64,000 bases of DNA from Lachnospiraceae bacterium (GTDB lineage Bacteria; Bacillota; Clostridia; Lachnospirales; Lachnospiraceae), in contig JAFYEE010000075.1 in the NCBI GenBank assembly GCA_017544405.1, positions 3,613-67,612 on the forward strand. Direction: 5' to 3'. Positions 10,017 through 18,854 of the stretch are shown one piece after another; position 1 is the stretch's first letter; each line of letters opens with the position of its first letter. The notes under the pieces are model-generated. The model saw nothing but the letters and a program-made list of their open reading frames with translations, had not been told where the DNA came from and did not search any database. The translations under genes and the position numbers were made by a program.

Positions 10017-10880
10017 TTACTGCTCATCCTCGAACGCGCTATCGTCCTCGAGGTTCCAGGTGCCGCTCCAGCTGCGCTCAAGCAGCTCGAGGCGGTCTCC
10101 GAAGAGGTGCTTTACCAGCTTGTGGGACTCGGCACTGATCACCGGGATGATAAGCTTTTTGTCTCTCGGATATTTTGCGGCGAGGGCTCTGGCCGAGAAG
10201 GCGAGCATGGGGATCAGGTGGATGCTTGCTTTCGGGTCGATCCGCACCCATTCCAGGGAGAGGTCGTCCGGTCCGGAGACGAAGACGACACAGCCGAGCA
10301 TGCCGTATTCATCGTTCAGAAAGCAGCTGGCCTCCGGCTCGATCCAGCCTCCGTCCACGTACAGAGGCATAAAGGGATGCGGCTCTTGCAAAAGGAGGCC
10401 ACGTTCGCCGCTTGTCAGATGGCTGTAGGTCTCGATCTGAGAGGGGATATCGGAAACCTGCAGTCCTTTCGCCTCTACAAGATCGCCGATGGTAACCTGG
10501 TAAGCAACCGTATCGGGATCCTCCTCCAGCTCAAAGCCGGCGAAGGTGAAAAATTCCTTCAGTCCGTTGTCCTCATCCAGCGCTTCGGTGAAGTCCGTGG
10601 TGAAGGCTTCCAGCCCGTCGTAGTAGGCAGCCATATCGGCCGCAGCCTCGAGGAGGGTGGTTCCGTATCCCTGCCTGCGGTACTCCGGCAGCACATAGAG
10701 GGCGCGGACTGCAATTTCAAAGTCGCGGTGCTCACAGGCGATCGCGCCGTAGATCTGCTGCTCTTCCACGAGAGCGAGCGCGAAGACTTCCGTGTTAAAC
10801 CGAACCGCTACCGTGACGTCGGGACCCAGCAGGGGTTCAAAGGGCTCATAATTGTCGGGACCGATCTGTATGATTTCCAT
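10017..10880 (-). CDS. GNAT-family N-acetyltransferase (acidic; possible second degenerate GNAT domain)
   Basis: Motif A LYVLPEYRRQGYGTTLL and FFTFAGF; RBS GAAAGGAG; 20 nt downstream of the toxin-like gene. Confidence 0.82.
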   Translation of the reverse strand: MEIIQIGPDNYEPFEPLLGPDVTVAVRFNTEVFALALVEEQQIYGAIACEHRDFEIAVRALYVLPEYRRQGYGTTLLEAAADMAAYYDGLEAFTTDFTEALDEDNGLKEFFTFAGFELEEDPDTVAYQVTIGDLVEAKGLQVSDIPSQIETYSHLTSGERGLLLQEPHPFMPLYVDGGWIEPEASCFLNDEYGMLGCVVFVSGPDDLSLEWVRIDPKASIHLIPMLAFSARALAAKYPRDKKLIIPVISAESHKLVKHLFGDRLELLERSWSGTWNLEDDSAFEDEQ

Positions 10881-10900
10881 GTGGATTTACGGCTCCTTTC

Positions 10901-12796
10901 TCAATGGGCCTGGCTGCCGCGCAGGTCCTGATATTGACGATCCAGTGAGAGATCCCGGACGAACTGTGTCATCTGCTCCTCCGTCATGCGGGCCCCGCAG
11001 AGGGATTCGTTGATGCGTCTGAGCTTGGTTGCTGCTTCCGGATCCGTCTCCGCCGCCCCCTGAAGGTGGGCGTAGTTGGCGGAAAAGAAAGTCATGAAAA
11101 GGGCGAAAGCGGACGGATCGAAGGAGGTCAGATCCACTTCGCGTCCACCGTATTTATCGCCGATCTCGTCGACCCGCTGTCCGCCGAAGCTGGAGGCGAA
11201 TTCTCCGTTGCCGAAGCCGTGGGTATGTCCGAGCTGATTGGTCATCTTATAGCTGTCACTCTCGAAACCGACCAGCATACTGGTATAATTGTCCGCATCG
11301 CCTTCCTTGAGATGCATGAAAATATGTCCGCAGCTGCCGTCATTTTTCAGCATCCGGGCCTGTCCGTCCGGACCGGTGATCCCGTTCCCGCCGAGTCCTC
11401 CGACGGCGACATTCATGCCCTGCTGATGGAAGGCCGAGAACAATTTGATCTCCTTGAAGGACTTGTGCTTGCCTTTGCCCTTGCGCTGCAGACGGTGGGT
11501 GGCGCCGCCGCGCTTGAAGAAGCCTTCCTGCAGACCGCCGCCGGCGCCGGTGTAGGAATCAACCGTACTCCGCTCGGAGTCCTTCGTGTAGAGGGACTTT
11601 TTGAGTCCGGGCAGGATGATGCCGACTCTGGAGCAGTGCGCGAAGGCATTGGACACCGGTCCCTGCCAGTCGCCGGAGACCTTCTTGTGATCCTTCTGCT
11701 TGAAACTTCCGATATGGCACAGAAGCATGGTGCGTGCGATAAAAAGCTGGGACTGCTTATTGCGCTCGATCTCTTCCGCCGAGAAATTGGCCTTTTGCTT
11801 AGCGACCGTGCCGGCATTGACGGTGAGCGTGTTGACCATGATCGCCTTGTTCAGAGCAGCGTCGAGCTGCTTGAAGTAGTCCGGGGTCAGTCTGCATCCG
11901 CGCAGAAGTCCCCGCATGCCGAGCGATATTCCGATGCGCAGCAGGGGCTGGGAGAGTCCGAGGTGCTTCTCGATGTAGTCCGCGTCCCTTGCCGGATCCT
12001 GGGTCAGCTGGGCGAACTGACTGCGCATGAACTTGGCGGCAAGCATGTTGCGAAGGCCCGGATCGAGGGACTCGAGGCGGGAATAATCCCCCTTCATCGC
12101 CCGCTCGAGAAGCACGGCCTGGGTGACCTCCACTTTCTCGCCCTGCTCGTTTTTGTATTCGGTTCTCTGGCGCAGAACCACCTCCCGGACATACAGGGAT
12201 TGCATGAGATTCTCCTGGATCGGCTCCTTGGGCGTGACGGTGGAGAGGGCTTTGAAGCTCTTGGCATCCTGGGTCTGGGAGTAGAATTTTTCGTTTTCCT
12301 TTTTGGCATCCTGTGCAATCTTTTTCGCACGCTTTACCTGAGCCTTGCGCTTTAAGCGGCTGGGCTTTTCTTCCACCTGCGGAGTGGGAAAGCCGGGCTT
12401 TTGCACCAGGACGGGCTTTTCATCATTGATCGGCCGGAAGAATTCCTGCTGCAGCGCCTGTGCTCTTATATAGGCCGTTTGCATGAAAAATCTGTCGTCT
12501 CTTCGCTTTGCACTGAGGTAGGACTGCGCGACGCTCTCCATATCCTGCTTGATCGCCTTCATGCGCTCGTAGGCGATCCGGTCGCGCTCCGTCTCAAACT
12601 CCCCGAGGAGCTCGCCCATCTCCGGAAGCAGGAAAACGGACGGAAGATTCTCCGGGTTGAGCACCTGATTCTCCCCCATGTGGGAGGTCATGGAAAGCGC
12701 GATCGTGGCCTCGGGGGACATCTCTTGCATTTCCAGGGACCTGGTTTCTTCTCTATACTTGGGTATGAGCTGGTCCTGAGCTTGGCCTTGTGACAT
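10901..12796 (-). CDS. Putative polymorphic-toxin-type protein with C-terminal Ntox11-like domain
   Basis: C-terminal AHCSR, KRGGATH (RxxxoH), GMNVAVGGLG, DGSCGH, LVGFE (GxE) and GHTH (GxxH); RBS GAGAGGAG. The CDS is secure; the domain call rests on a recalled motif set. Confidence 0.68.
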   Translation of the reverse strand: MSQGQAQDQLIPKYREETRSLEMQEMSPEATIALSMTSHMGENQVLNPENLPSVFLLPEMGELLGEFETERDRIAYERMKAIKQDMESVAQSYLSAKRRDDRFFMQTAYIRAQALQQEFFRPINDEKPVLVQKPGFPTPQVEEKPSRLKRKAQVKRAKKIAQDAKKENEKFYSQTQDAKSFKALSTVTPKEPIQENLMQSLYVREVVLRQRTEYKNEQGEKVEVTQAVLLERAMKGDYSRLESLDPGLRNMLAAKFMRSQFAQLTQDPARDADYIEKHLGLSQPLLRIGISLGMRGLLRGCRLTPDYFKQLDAALNKAIMVNTLTVNAGTVAKQKANFSAEEIERNKQSQLFIARTMLLCHIGSFKQKDHKKVSGDWQGPVSNAFAHCSRVGIILPGLKKSLYTKDSERSTVDSYTGAGGGLQEGFFKRGGATHRLQRKGKGKHKSFKEIKLFSAFHQQGMNVAVGGLGGNGITGPDGQARMLKNDGSCGHIFMHLKEGDADNYTSMLVGFESDSYKMTNQLGHTHGFGNGEFASSFGGQRVDEIGDKYGGREVDLTSFDPSAFALFMTFFSANYAHLQGAAETDPEAATKLRRINESLCGARMTEEQMTQFVRDLSLDRQYQDLRGSQAH

Positions 12797-12842
12797 TGCA
12801 TTCTCCTCTCTTGTAAAAGACGGACAATTCCTGAACAGTTCA

Positions 12843-12851
12843 AGTATAGCA
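12843..12851 (-). promoter_or_regulatory. Extended -10 for the toxin-like/GNAT operon
   Basis: Minus strand TGCTATACT about 47 nt upstream of the ATG; adjacent palindrome TGAACAGTTCA (12832-12842). Confidence 0.5.
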
Positions 12852-12903
12852 GATTTGGAAACGGAATTGTTAAAAAACTATAAACTTCTATCCGGAGGCA
12901 CTT

Positions 12904-14688
12904 ATGGAAAAGTATGAAGACTGGTCGGAAGTATATCCCAGGCCGCAGCTTCGAAGAGACAGCTTTCTTCCCCTGACGAAAGGGTGGAAACGAAACGGGA
13001 AAGCGCTGCGGGTGCCCTGGGAGCATACGACGGAAAAGCACATGGTCTACGAGCTGTCCTTCGATCTGCCGGAGGAATACGCGCGGATCGTCCGTACGTA
13101 CGCCGGTATGAGGGAAAAGCGGATCCTGCTCCATTTCGGTGCGGTCGACCAGGTTTGTTCCCTGACGGTGAACGGTCAGGCGGTCGGATCGCATGCGGGC
13201 GGGTACCTGCCGTTTTCTTTCGATGTGACGGAGCTTCTGAAGGAGCGGGAGAACCGGCTCGTCCTGACGGTCGCGGATACACTGGACAAAAGCTACGGCT
13301 ACGGAAAGCAGTCGCGCAGGCCGCATGGGATGTGGTATACGCAGGTGTCGGGGATCTGGCAGCCGGTGTGGCTCGAAGCGGTGCCTGCGAAGGGGCGCGT
13401 GGAGCGCCTGAAGATCACGCCGGACCTTGCAGGAATCGATCTGGAGATTGAAACCGAGGCGGCTGCGGGAGGGATCCGGGGCACGCTTCCCGGGGAGCCG
13501 GTGCGGTATGAGGCCCTGGTCGAGGTGCTGGATGCTAAGGAATCGGTGATCCTGCAAAGGGAAGAAGCACTGAAGGACCGGATCCGCATCCGTCTGGATC
13601 CGGAGCAGCCGCATTTGTGGATGCCGGAGGATCCCTATCTGTACGGTCTTCGCATCCGCACGCGCAGACTCCGCGCTTCGAAGGAGGCGCAGGAGGCCGG
13701 GGAGGACATCGCGGATACGGTGATGAGCTATTTTGCGCTGCGCACCGTGACGCTCGAGCGGCGCGGGAGGCATCTGCATCCCTGCCTGAACGGGAAGGCC
13801 ATCTTTCTGAACGGAGTGCTCGATCAGGGGTATTTTGAGGACGGCTTTTACCTGCCTGCAGATCCTCGCGAATATCGCCGGGATATCCTGCGCATGAAGG
13901 AGATGGGTTTCAATCTTCTGCGCAAGCATCTCAAGATCGAACCGGAGGTCTTCTACTACGAGTGCGACCGGCAGGGGATGCTGGTGCTTCAGGATATGGT
14001 CAGTTCCGGACACTATTCGTTCCTCTTCGAGACGGCGCTTCCGACACTGATCAGCAAGACGCGTACCTTCCGTCCGCTTCCGAAGATCGCACCGCGCAGG
14101 CATCGCATTTTCCTGCGGGAAATGAAGGGGACGATGGACCTTCTGTACAATCATCCATGCATCGTCGGGTATACGATCTTTAACGAAGGCTGGGGGCAGT
14201 TCCGGGCCGACCGGCTCTACGACAGGGGGAAGCAGTACGATCCGACGCGCTTCTATGACAGTACCTCCGGGTGGTTCCGGGGTGAGAGGAGCGATGTAAG
14301 GAGCGAGCATATCTACTTCCGGAACGAGGTGCTTCCCCCGGCTCCCGCGGATCAGTTCCTGCTGCTGAGCGAGTGCGGCGGATATTCGCGGCCTGTCCCG
14401 GGGCATATGACGAAGGTGCGCAGAAGATACGGGTATGGCCGGACCGACTCGGAGGAGGCACTGACGCGCAGGATCGCCGAAATGTATGAGGAGATGGTCC
14501 TCCCTTCGATCGCAAACGGGCTCTCCGGCGTGGTCCTGACGCAGCTCTCCGATGTCGAGAGCGAGATCAACGGACTCTATACCTTCGACCGCGCGGTGTG
14601 CAAGGTAAACGCCGGCAAACTGCGGGAACTGGCGGAAAGGGTATATGCCGCGGCAGCGGAAGCGGCATCGGAAAACATGGAAACTTGA
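12904..14688 (+). CDS. Glycoside hydrolase family 2
   Basis: YPRPQLRR, LLHFGAVD, SGIWQPVWLE, GVLDQGYF, RKHLKIE, FNEGWGQ, LSECGG, EINGL. Confidence 0.9.
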   Translation: MEKYEDWSEVYPRPQLRRDSFLPLTKGWKRNGKALRVPWEHTTEKHMVYELSFDLPEEYARIVRTYAGMREKRILLHFGAVDQVCSLTVNGQAVGSHAGGYLPFSFDVTELLKERENRLVLTVADTLDKSYGYGKQSRRPHGMWYTQVSGIWQPVWLEAVPAKGRVERLKITPDLAGIDLEIETEAAAGGIRGTLPGEPVRYEALVEVLDAKESVILQREEALKDRIRIRLDPEQPHLWMPEDPYLYGLRIRTRRLRASKEAQEAGEDIADTVMSYFALRTVTLERRGRHLHPCLNGKAIFLNGVLDQGYFEDGFYLPADPREYRRDILRMKEMGFNLLRKHLKIEPEVFYYECDRQGMLVLQDMVSSGHYSFLFETALPTLISKTRTFRPLPKIAPRRHRIFLREMKGTMDLLYNHPCIVGYTIFNEGWGQFRADRLYDRGKQYDPTRFYDSTSGWFRGERSDVRSEHIYFRNEVLPPAPADQFLLLSECGGYSRPVPGHMTKVRRRYGYGRTDSEEALTRRIAEMYEEMVLPSIANGLSGVVLTQLSDVESEINGLYTFDRAVCKVNAGKLRELAERVYAAAAEAASENMET

Positions 14689-14823
14689 TGTATTTTAATG
14701 TAAAAAAAGACGGAATTTTGCAAAGAATCGACCTTGTATTCCTCCTGTGCGGGTGATAGTATTTTAGCAATTTTTAAGTTTCTTTTTAGAATTGTTAAGG
14801 AAATGCACTGACGAGGGGCCTAT

Positions 14824-15231
14824 ATGCGATTCTATTCCCTGCGTTCCGGAGAGCTGAATAAGACAGCCGAGTTACAACCCCAATTTGATGCCGGTCATCA
14901 GATTGGGGCTGTTTGTGTGGGAGCGGATTATCTTTTTTTAAAGAAGGGACTGCGCACCTATTATGTCCGCTACGATGAGACGGATCGCATCTACCGCAGA
15001 GTGCGCACGGTTACGGCCAATGTGTGCTGTGAGGGCGGAGAGTTCCGCTTTGACTATCTCGTGATCGAGGCGGGCGGCAGGGAGCGGATGGAGATCCAGC
15101 TTCCGGGTCAGAAGGCGGCCCAGATGCTTCTGGGCGAGATCCGGGAAGCCTTCCCGTCCGGAGTGTTCGAAGCGCCGGAGCGCCCGAAGGAAGAGGCGGA
15201 AGGAGAAGCCTCCGCGCCTGCGAAGAGGTAG
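14824..15231 (+). CDS. Hypothetical protein (NVCCEGG motif)
   Basis: RBS GAGGGG; first gene of a tightly packed three-gene unit ending in cstA. Confidence 0.7.
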   Translation: MRFYSLRSGELNKTAELQPQFDAGHQIGAVCVGADYLFLKKGLRTYYVRYDETDRIYRRVRTVTANVCCEGGEFRFDYLVIEAGGRERMEIQLPGQKAAQMLLGEIREAFPSGVFEAPERPKEEAEGEASAPAKR

Positions 15232-15233
15232 GT

Positions 15234-15743
15234 ATGGATCAGGAAGTTTTGTTCGGTAAGGTGCTGGATGCCTACCGCGCTTATTACAATGTAAAGACGG
15301 AAGACGTGGAAGCGCCCTTTGACGCCGAGGCGGTCTTTGCCGGGAAGCAGGAACAGTATTTTCTCATGCACAGCGCAAAGCTCGCGGAGGTGCAGTCGAA
15401 CGAGTATGTCTATCTGGCAAAGCGGCCGGTGCTGCGCGAGGAGGAGCTGCTCTCCCTGTGTGAGGCGGCCTGGGAGCGCGGGACGGCGCAGGTAAGGCCG
15501 AACAGCAATCACAAGAGCTCCGACGTGACGCTCCTTTTGCTGGTGCCGGAGCTTTCGGAGGAGGTGCGCAGGGCTGCGTCAAAGGTGAAATACTCCAAAA
15601 CCTACAAGCTGGGGCTGTGGGGATTTTCGAATTTCAGAGTGGCTGTAATCGAGTCCGCTTCGGGAGAGGCCGCGTTCAACGGTCAGGGGAAGCTCCTGAA
15701 GCCGCTCGTTTCAGAGATTTACCATACAGAAGGAGGAAAGTGA
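15234..15743 (+). CDS. Hypothetical protein upstream of cstA
   Basis: RBS GAGGT; 2-nt gaps to both neighbours; the cstA RBS lies in its 3' end. Confidence 0.75.
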   Translation: MDQEVLFGKVLDAYRAYYNVKTEDVEAPFDAEAVFAGKQEQYFLMHSAKLAEVQSNEYVYLAKRPVLREEELLSLCEAAWERGTAQVRPNSNHKSSDVTLLLLVPELSEEVRRAASKVKYSKTYKLGLWGFSNFRVAVIESASGEAAFNGQGKLLKPLVSEIYHTEGGK

Positions 15744-15745
15744 AA

Positions 15746-17449
15746 ATGACAGCATTACTTATTATTCTTGCTGCGATTGTGATCCTGATCGTAGGCTATG
15801 TCACCTACGGTTCCTGGCTTGCTAAGCAGTGGGGCATTGACCCGACCCGCAAGACTCCCGCGGTTGAGAAGGAGGATGGTGTCGACTACGTGGCCGCAAA
15901 GCCCGCTGTTCTTATGGGACATCATTTTTCATCCATCGCCGGCGCAGGCCCGATCAATGGACCGATCCAGGCATCTGTCTTCGGATGGCTGCCGGTATTC
16001 CTTTGGTGTGTGCTCGGAGGTATCTTCTTCGGAGGCCTTCAGGACTTCGGTTCCCTGTTCGCTTCGATCCGCCACGACGGCAAGACCCTCGGCGAGATCA
16101 TCGATGATACGATGGGAAGCCGCGCCAAGAAGCTTTTCATTATTTTCGCACTTCTCGTACTGATCCTGGTAATTGCATCCTTCGTCAACGTGGTTGCAGG
16201 TACCTTCTTCTCCGAGGAGGGATTCGGCATTACGACGAATCCGAACGGAAACCAGTCTACTGCCATGATTTCCCTGCTCTTTATCGTCCTGGCCGTCATC
16301 TACGGCTATGTGACCAATAAGCTGAATGTGAAGACTCTTCCCGCTTCCATCGCAGGCGTCATCGGTATCGTCCTGATTGTCATCATCGGTCTGAACTGCG
16401 GCTTTGTCATGGGCAGAACCGCGTGGATCGTTTTTATCGGTGCGTATATTACGGTTGCTTCCCTGGTTCCCGTGTGGATCCTGTTGCAGCCGAGAGATTA
16501 TCTTTCCAGCTTCCTGCTTTATGCCATGATGGGTGTGGCTGTGATCGGTATCGTTGTGGCTGCCTTCTCCGGCAACGCAAGCTTTACCATCCCGGCATTC
16601 ACCGGCTGGAAGACCAGCATCGGAACGATGTTCCCCGCGCTGTTCATCACGGTGGCCTGCGGAGCATGCTCCGGTTTCCACTCTCTGATCTCGACCGGTA
16701 CTTCCTCGAAGCAGCTGGCGAATGAGAAGGATGCCAAGCCCATCGGCTACGGCTCCATGCTGATCGAGTCCGCGCTCGGCATCGTTTCCCTGATCGCCGT
16801 AGGTATGGTCTTTGAGAAGTACAAGGAGGGCGGTTTCGGTTCTCCTTCCGCAGCATTCGGCGCAGGTATCGCGACGATGTTCAGCGGTGAGGGCACCGGC
16901 GTCTACAATACCCTGTATGCACTGCTGACCCTGGCCGTATCGGTCTTTGCTCTGACCTCCCTGGATACCGGAACGAGACTTTCCCGTTTCATGTTCACGG
17001 AGCTCTTCCTGAAGGCGGACGAGGCTACCTGGAAGGATGCCAAGGGCGTGCGCAAGCTTCTGGCGCATCCGCTCTTCGGAACTCTGTTCATGGTCATCAT
17101 CGGATGTATCCTCGGCGGACTCAAGCTCTCCGCGATCTGGGCTCTGTTCGGAGCTGCGAACCAGCTGCTGGCAGGTATCGCTCTGCTGGCTGTCTGCGCA
17201 TGGCTCGGCGAGGTCGGCAAAAACAACAAGATGTTCTACATCCCGATGTGCTTCATGCTCTGCGCTACGCTGACCAGTCTGGTGATCACCATCATCAAGA
17301 AATTCACCCTCATCGGTTCCGGTGAGGCGGTATGGGGCGACTGGTTCCAGGTGATCTTTGCACTGGCGATGGCGGTTCTGGCCGTGATCCTCGTGATCGA
17401 GGGCGTTCAGACCTTCCGTCAGCAGGCCGCTGCGAAGAAGGCAAAGTAA
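15746..17449 (+). CDS. cstA: Carbon starvation protein A family peptide/pyruvate transporter
   Basis: GHHFSSIAGAGPINGPI, FITVACGACSGFHSL, GYGSMLIES, LTSLDTGTR, FGAANQLLA; RBS AGGAGG. Confidence 0.95.
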   Translation: MTALLIILAAIVILIVGYVTYGSWLAKQWGIDPTRKTPAVEKEDGVDYVAAKPAVLMGHHFSSIAGAGPINGPIQASVFGWLPVFLWCVLGGIFFGGLQDFGSLFASIRHDGKTLGEIIDDTMGSRAKKLFIIFALLVLILVIASFVNVVAGTFFSEEGFGITTNPNGNQSTAMISLLFIVLAVIYGYVTNKLNVKTLPASIAGVIGIVLIVIIGLNCGFVMGRTAWIVFIGAYITVASLVPVWILLQPRDYLSSFLLYAMMGVAVIGIVVAAFSGNASFTIPAFTGWKTSIGTMFPALFITVACGACSGFHSLISTGTSSKQLANEKDAKPIGYGSMLIESALGIVSLIAVGMVFEKYKEGGFGSPSAAFGAGIATMFSGEGTGVYNTLYALLTLAVSVFALTSLDTGTRLSRFMFTELFLKADEATWKDAKGVRKLLAHPLFGTLFMVIIGCILGGLKLSAIWALFGAANQLLAGIALLAVCAWLGEVGKNNKMFYIPMCFMLCATLTSLVITIIKKFTLIGSGEAVWGDWFQVIFALAMAVLAVILVIEGVQTFRQQAAAKKAK

Positions 17450-17574
17450 GCAAAAACGGCCTTCGGAAAATCTTTTGAAATTTTTTCAAAAGAAAAAAAG
17501 GAAAAGGACCCTGTCCCGGGAATAACCTATAGGTAACCGTAAACGGATTCCGTTAAGGAAAGGAGGTAGTGCTT

Positions 17575-17853
17575 ATGCAATATCCCGTTCTGGATCCGGT
17601 GGCGACCGGGGCTAGGATCAAGGAGCTCCGCAAGACCCATCACCTGAAGGTCGAGGACATTGCCCGTTTCATGGGCTTCGAATCCGACCAGGCGGTGTAC
17701 AAGTGGCAGAGGGGCGACAGCCTTCCCACCGTCGACAACCTGTATGCTCTGAGCGTTCTGTTTCAGACATCCATCGACGACATATTGATAGGCGACAGAG
17801 AAGAGGACGAAAGTCCTCTTCTTCCTTTTTGTGTGACAATGCGTCCGGCCTGA
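17575..17853 (+). CDS. XRE-family helix-turn-helix regulator
   Basis: GARIKELR..., AVYKWQRGDSLPTVDNLYALS, SIDDIL; RBS AGGAGG (alternative GTG start at 17569). Confidence 0.9.
   Translation: MQYPVLDPVATGARIKELRKTHHLKVEDIARFMGFESDQAVYKWQRGDSLPTVDNLYALSVLFQTSIDDILIGDREEDESPLLPFCVTMRPA
17800..17830 (+). terminator. Intrinsic terminator-like hairpin inside the XRE CDS
   Basis: GAAGAGGAC-GAAA-GTCCTCTTC followed by TTCCTTTTT; ends 20 nt before the TGA at 17851. Confidence 0.6.
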
Positions 17854-17919
17854 ACCCCTGCGTTTGACCGGGAAAATGACTTTTCATAGTTTTTTAAGAA
17901 AGGCGCGCCCTGCAAAGTG

Positions 17920-17948
17920 TTGTATTTCCCGGGTGCGCCCCTTATAAT
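17920..17948 (+). promoter_or_regulatory. Sigma70-type promoter for the stand-alone EAL gene
   Basis: TTGTAT-N17-TATAAT. Confidence 0.6.
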
Positions 17949-18007
17949 TTGAAATACTTCCGTCAGGAGTCCCGGGAAGAGATACCGTAAAAGCAGCGGG
18001 GGGGTAT

Positions 18008-18727
18008 ATGGACACGAAAAGACAACAGATCCAGGATATCCTGGATCATCCGGAAAATTTGAAATATGCATATCAGCCGATCTTTGATCTCAGCGACGGA
18101 AGCATTTACGGATACGAAGCACTGATGCGTCCGGAACCCTTTTCGCCGATGGATATCGTGGAGTATTGTCTGTCGGAGGATCGTCTGGACGAGATCGAGA
18201 CGATCACCGTCATCTACGGGGGCTTGCACTTTTTGGAGAGCCATCTGGAGGGACGTCTTTTCCTCAACAGCTTTCCTGCCGCTTCGGTCTCACGGGAGAA
18301 AATGATGGAAGTCCGGGATGTCATGAAGGGAAGAGTGCGGGAGCGCATGGTCTTCGAGATGCTGGAATACACGGAACTCGATGCCTATGCATGGGGCCGG
18401 AAGCTGGAAGAATTCGCCAGGTCCAGACTCGATTACCTGATCGCGATCGATGATTACGGGACGGATGATTTCGAGGACTCGGAGCGCATGGCCATGTTCC
18501 ATCCGGACATTGTCAAGGTGGACCGGAGTCTCATCGAGAACATCCACGTGGATCGGACGAACCAGGAGAAAGTGAAGCGGATTCTCGAATATACGCAGAG
18601 TAACGGTATCATGGCGCTCGCCGAGGGCGTTGAGACGAAGGAGGAATATGACTATATCCGGTCGATTCCGTTCCGACTGGTGCAGGGCTACTATACCGGC
18701 CGTCCGCAGATTTACAATGGATTCTAA
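18008..18727 (+). CDS. Stand-alone EAL domain protein
   Basis: YQPI, YEALMR, FLN, IDDYGT, KVDR, AEGVET, QGYY; no TM or sensor domain. Confidence 0.88.
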   Translation: MDTKRQQIQDILDHPENLKYAYQPIFDLSDGSIYGYEALMRPEPFSPMDIVEYCLSEDRLDEIETITVIYGGLHFLESHLEGRLFLNSFPAASVSREKMMEVRDVMKGRVRERMVFEMLEYTELDAYAWGRKLEEFARSRLDYLIAIDDYGTDDFEDSERMAMFHPDIVKVDRSLIENIHVDRTNQEKVKRILEYTQSNGIMALAEGVETKEEYDYIRSIPFRLVQGYYTGRPQIYNGF

Positions 18728-18786
18728 AAAAATGACACCGACCTAATAAAAGGAACCTTCTTTTGAGGGTTCCTTTTTTTTATGCT
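18726..18786 (+). promoter_or_regulatory. Putative activator site and -10 for the GH55 operon
   Basis: AAAAAAATGACACC with TATGCT 47 bp after the G; same geometry at 26502 and 36906. Confidence 0.55.
18748..18781 (+). terminator. Intrinsic terminator of the EAL gene
   Basis: AAAAGGAACCTTC/GAGGGTTCCTTTT stem followed by a T-run. Confidence 0.8.
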
Positions 18787-18854
18787 TATTTTGTCAGATT
18801 GAGATCGTGGGCCCATGAAGAGACCGCGGAAATACAGCAATCGGGAATGGGGAT

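Noticed and set aside
12832-12842. LexA (Cheo) box at the toxin-like promoter
   Set aside because: Spacing is GAAC-N1-GTTC, not GAAC-N4-GTTC.
17998-18004. G7 tract at the EAL gene RBS as a phase-variation switch
   Set aside because: Short run in a GC-rich genome; adequately explained as a Shine-Dalgarno variant.
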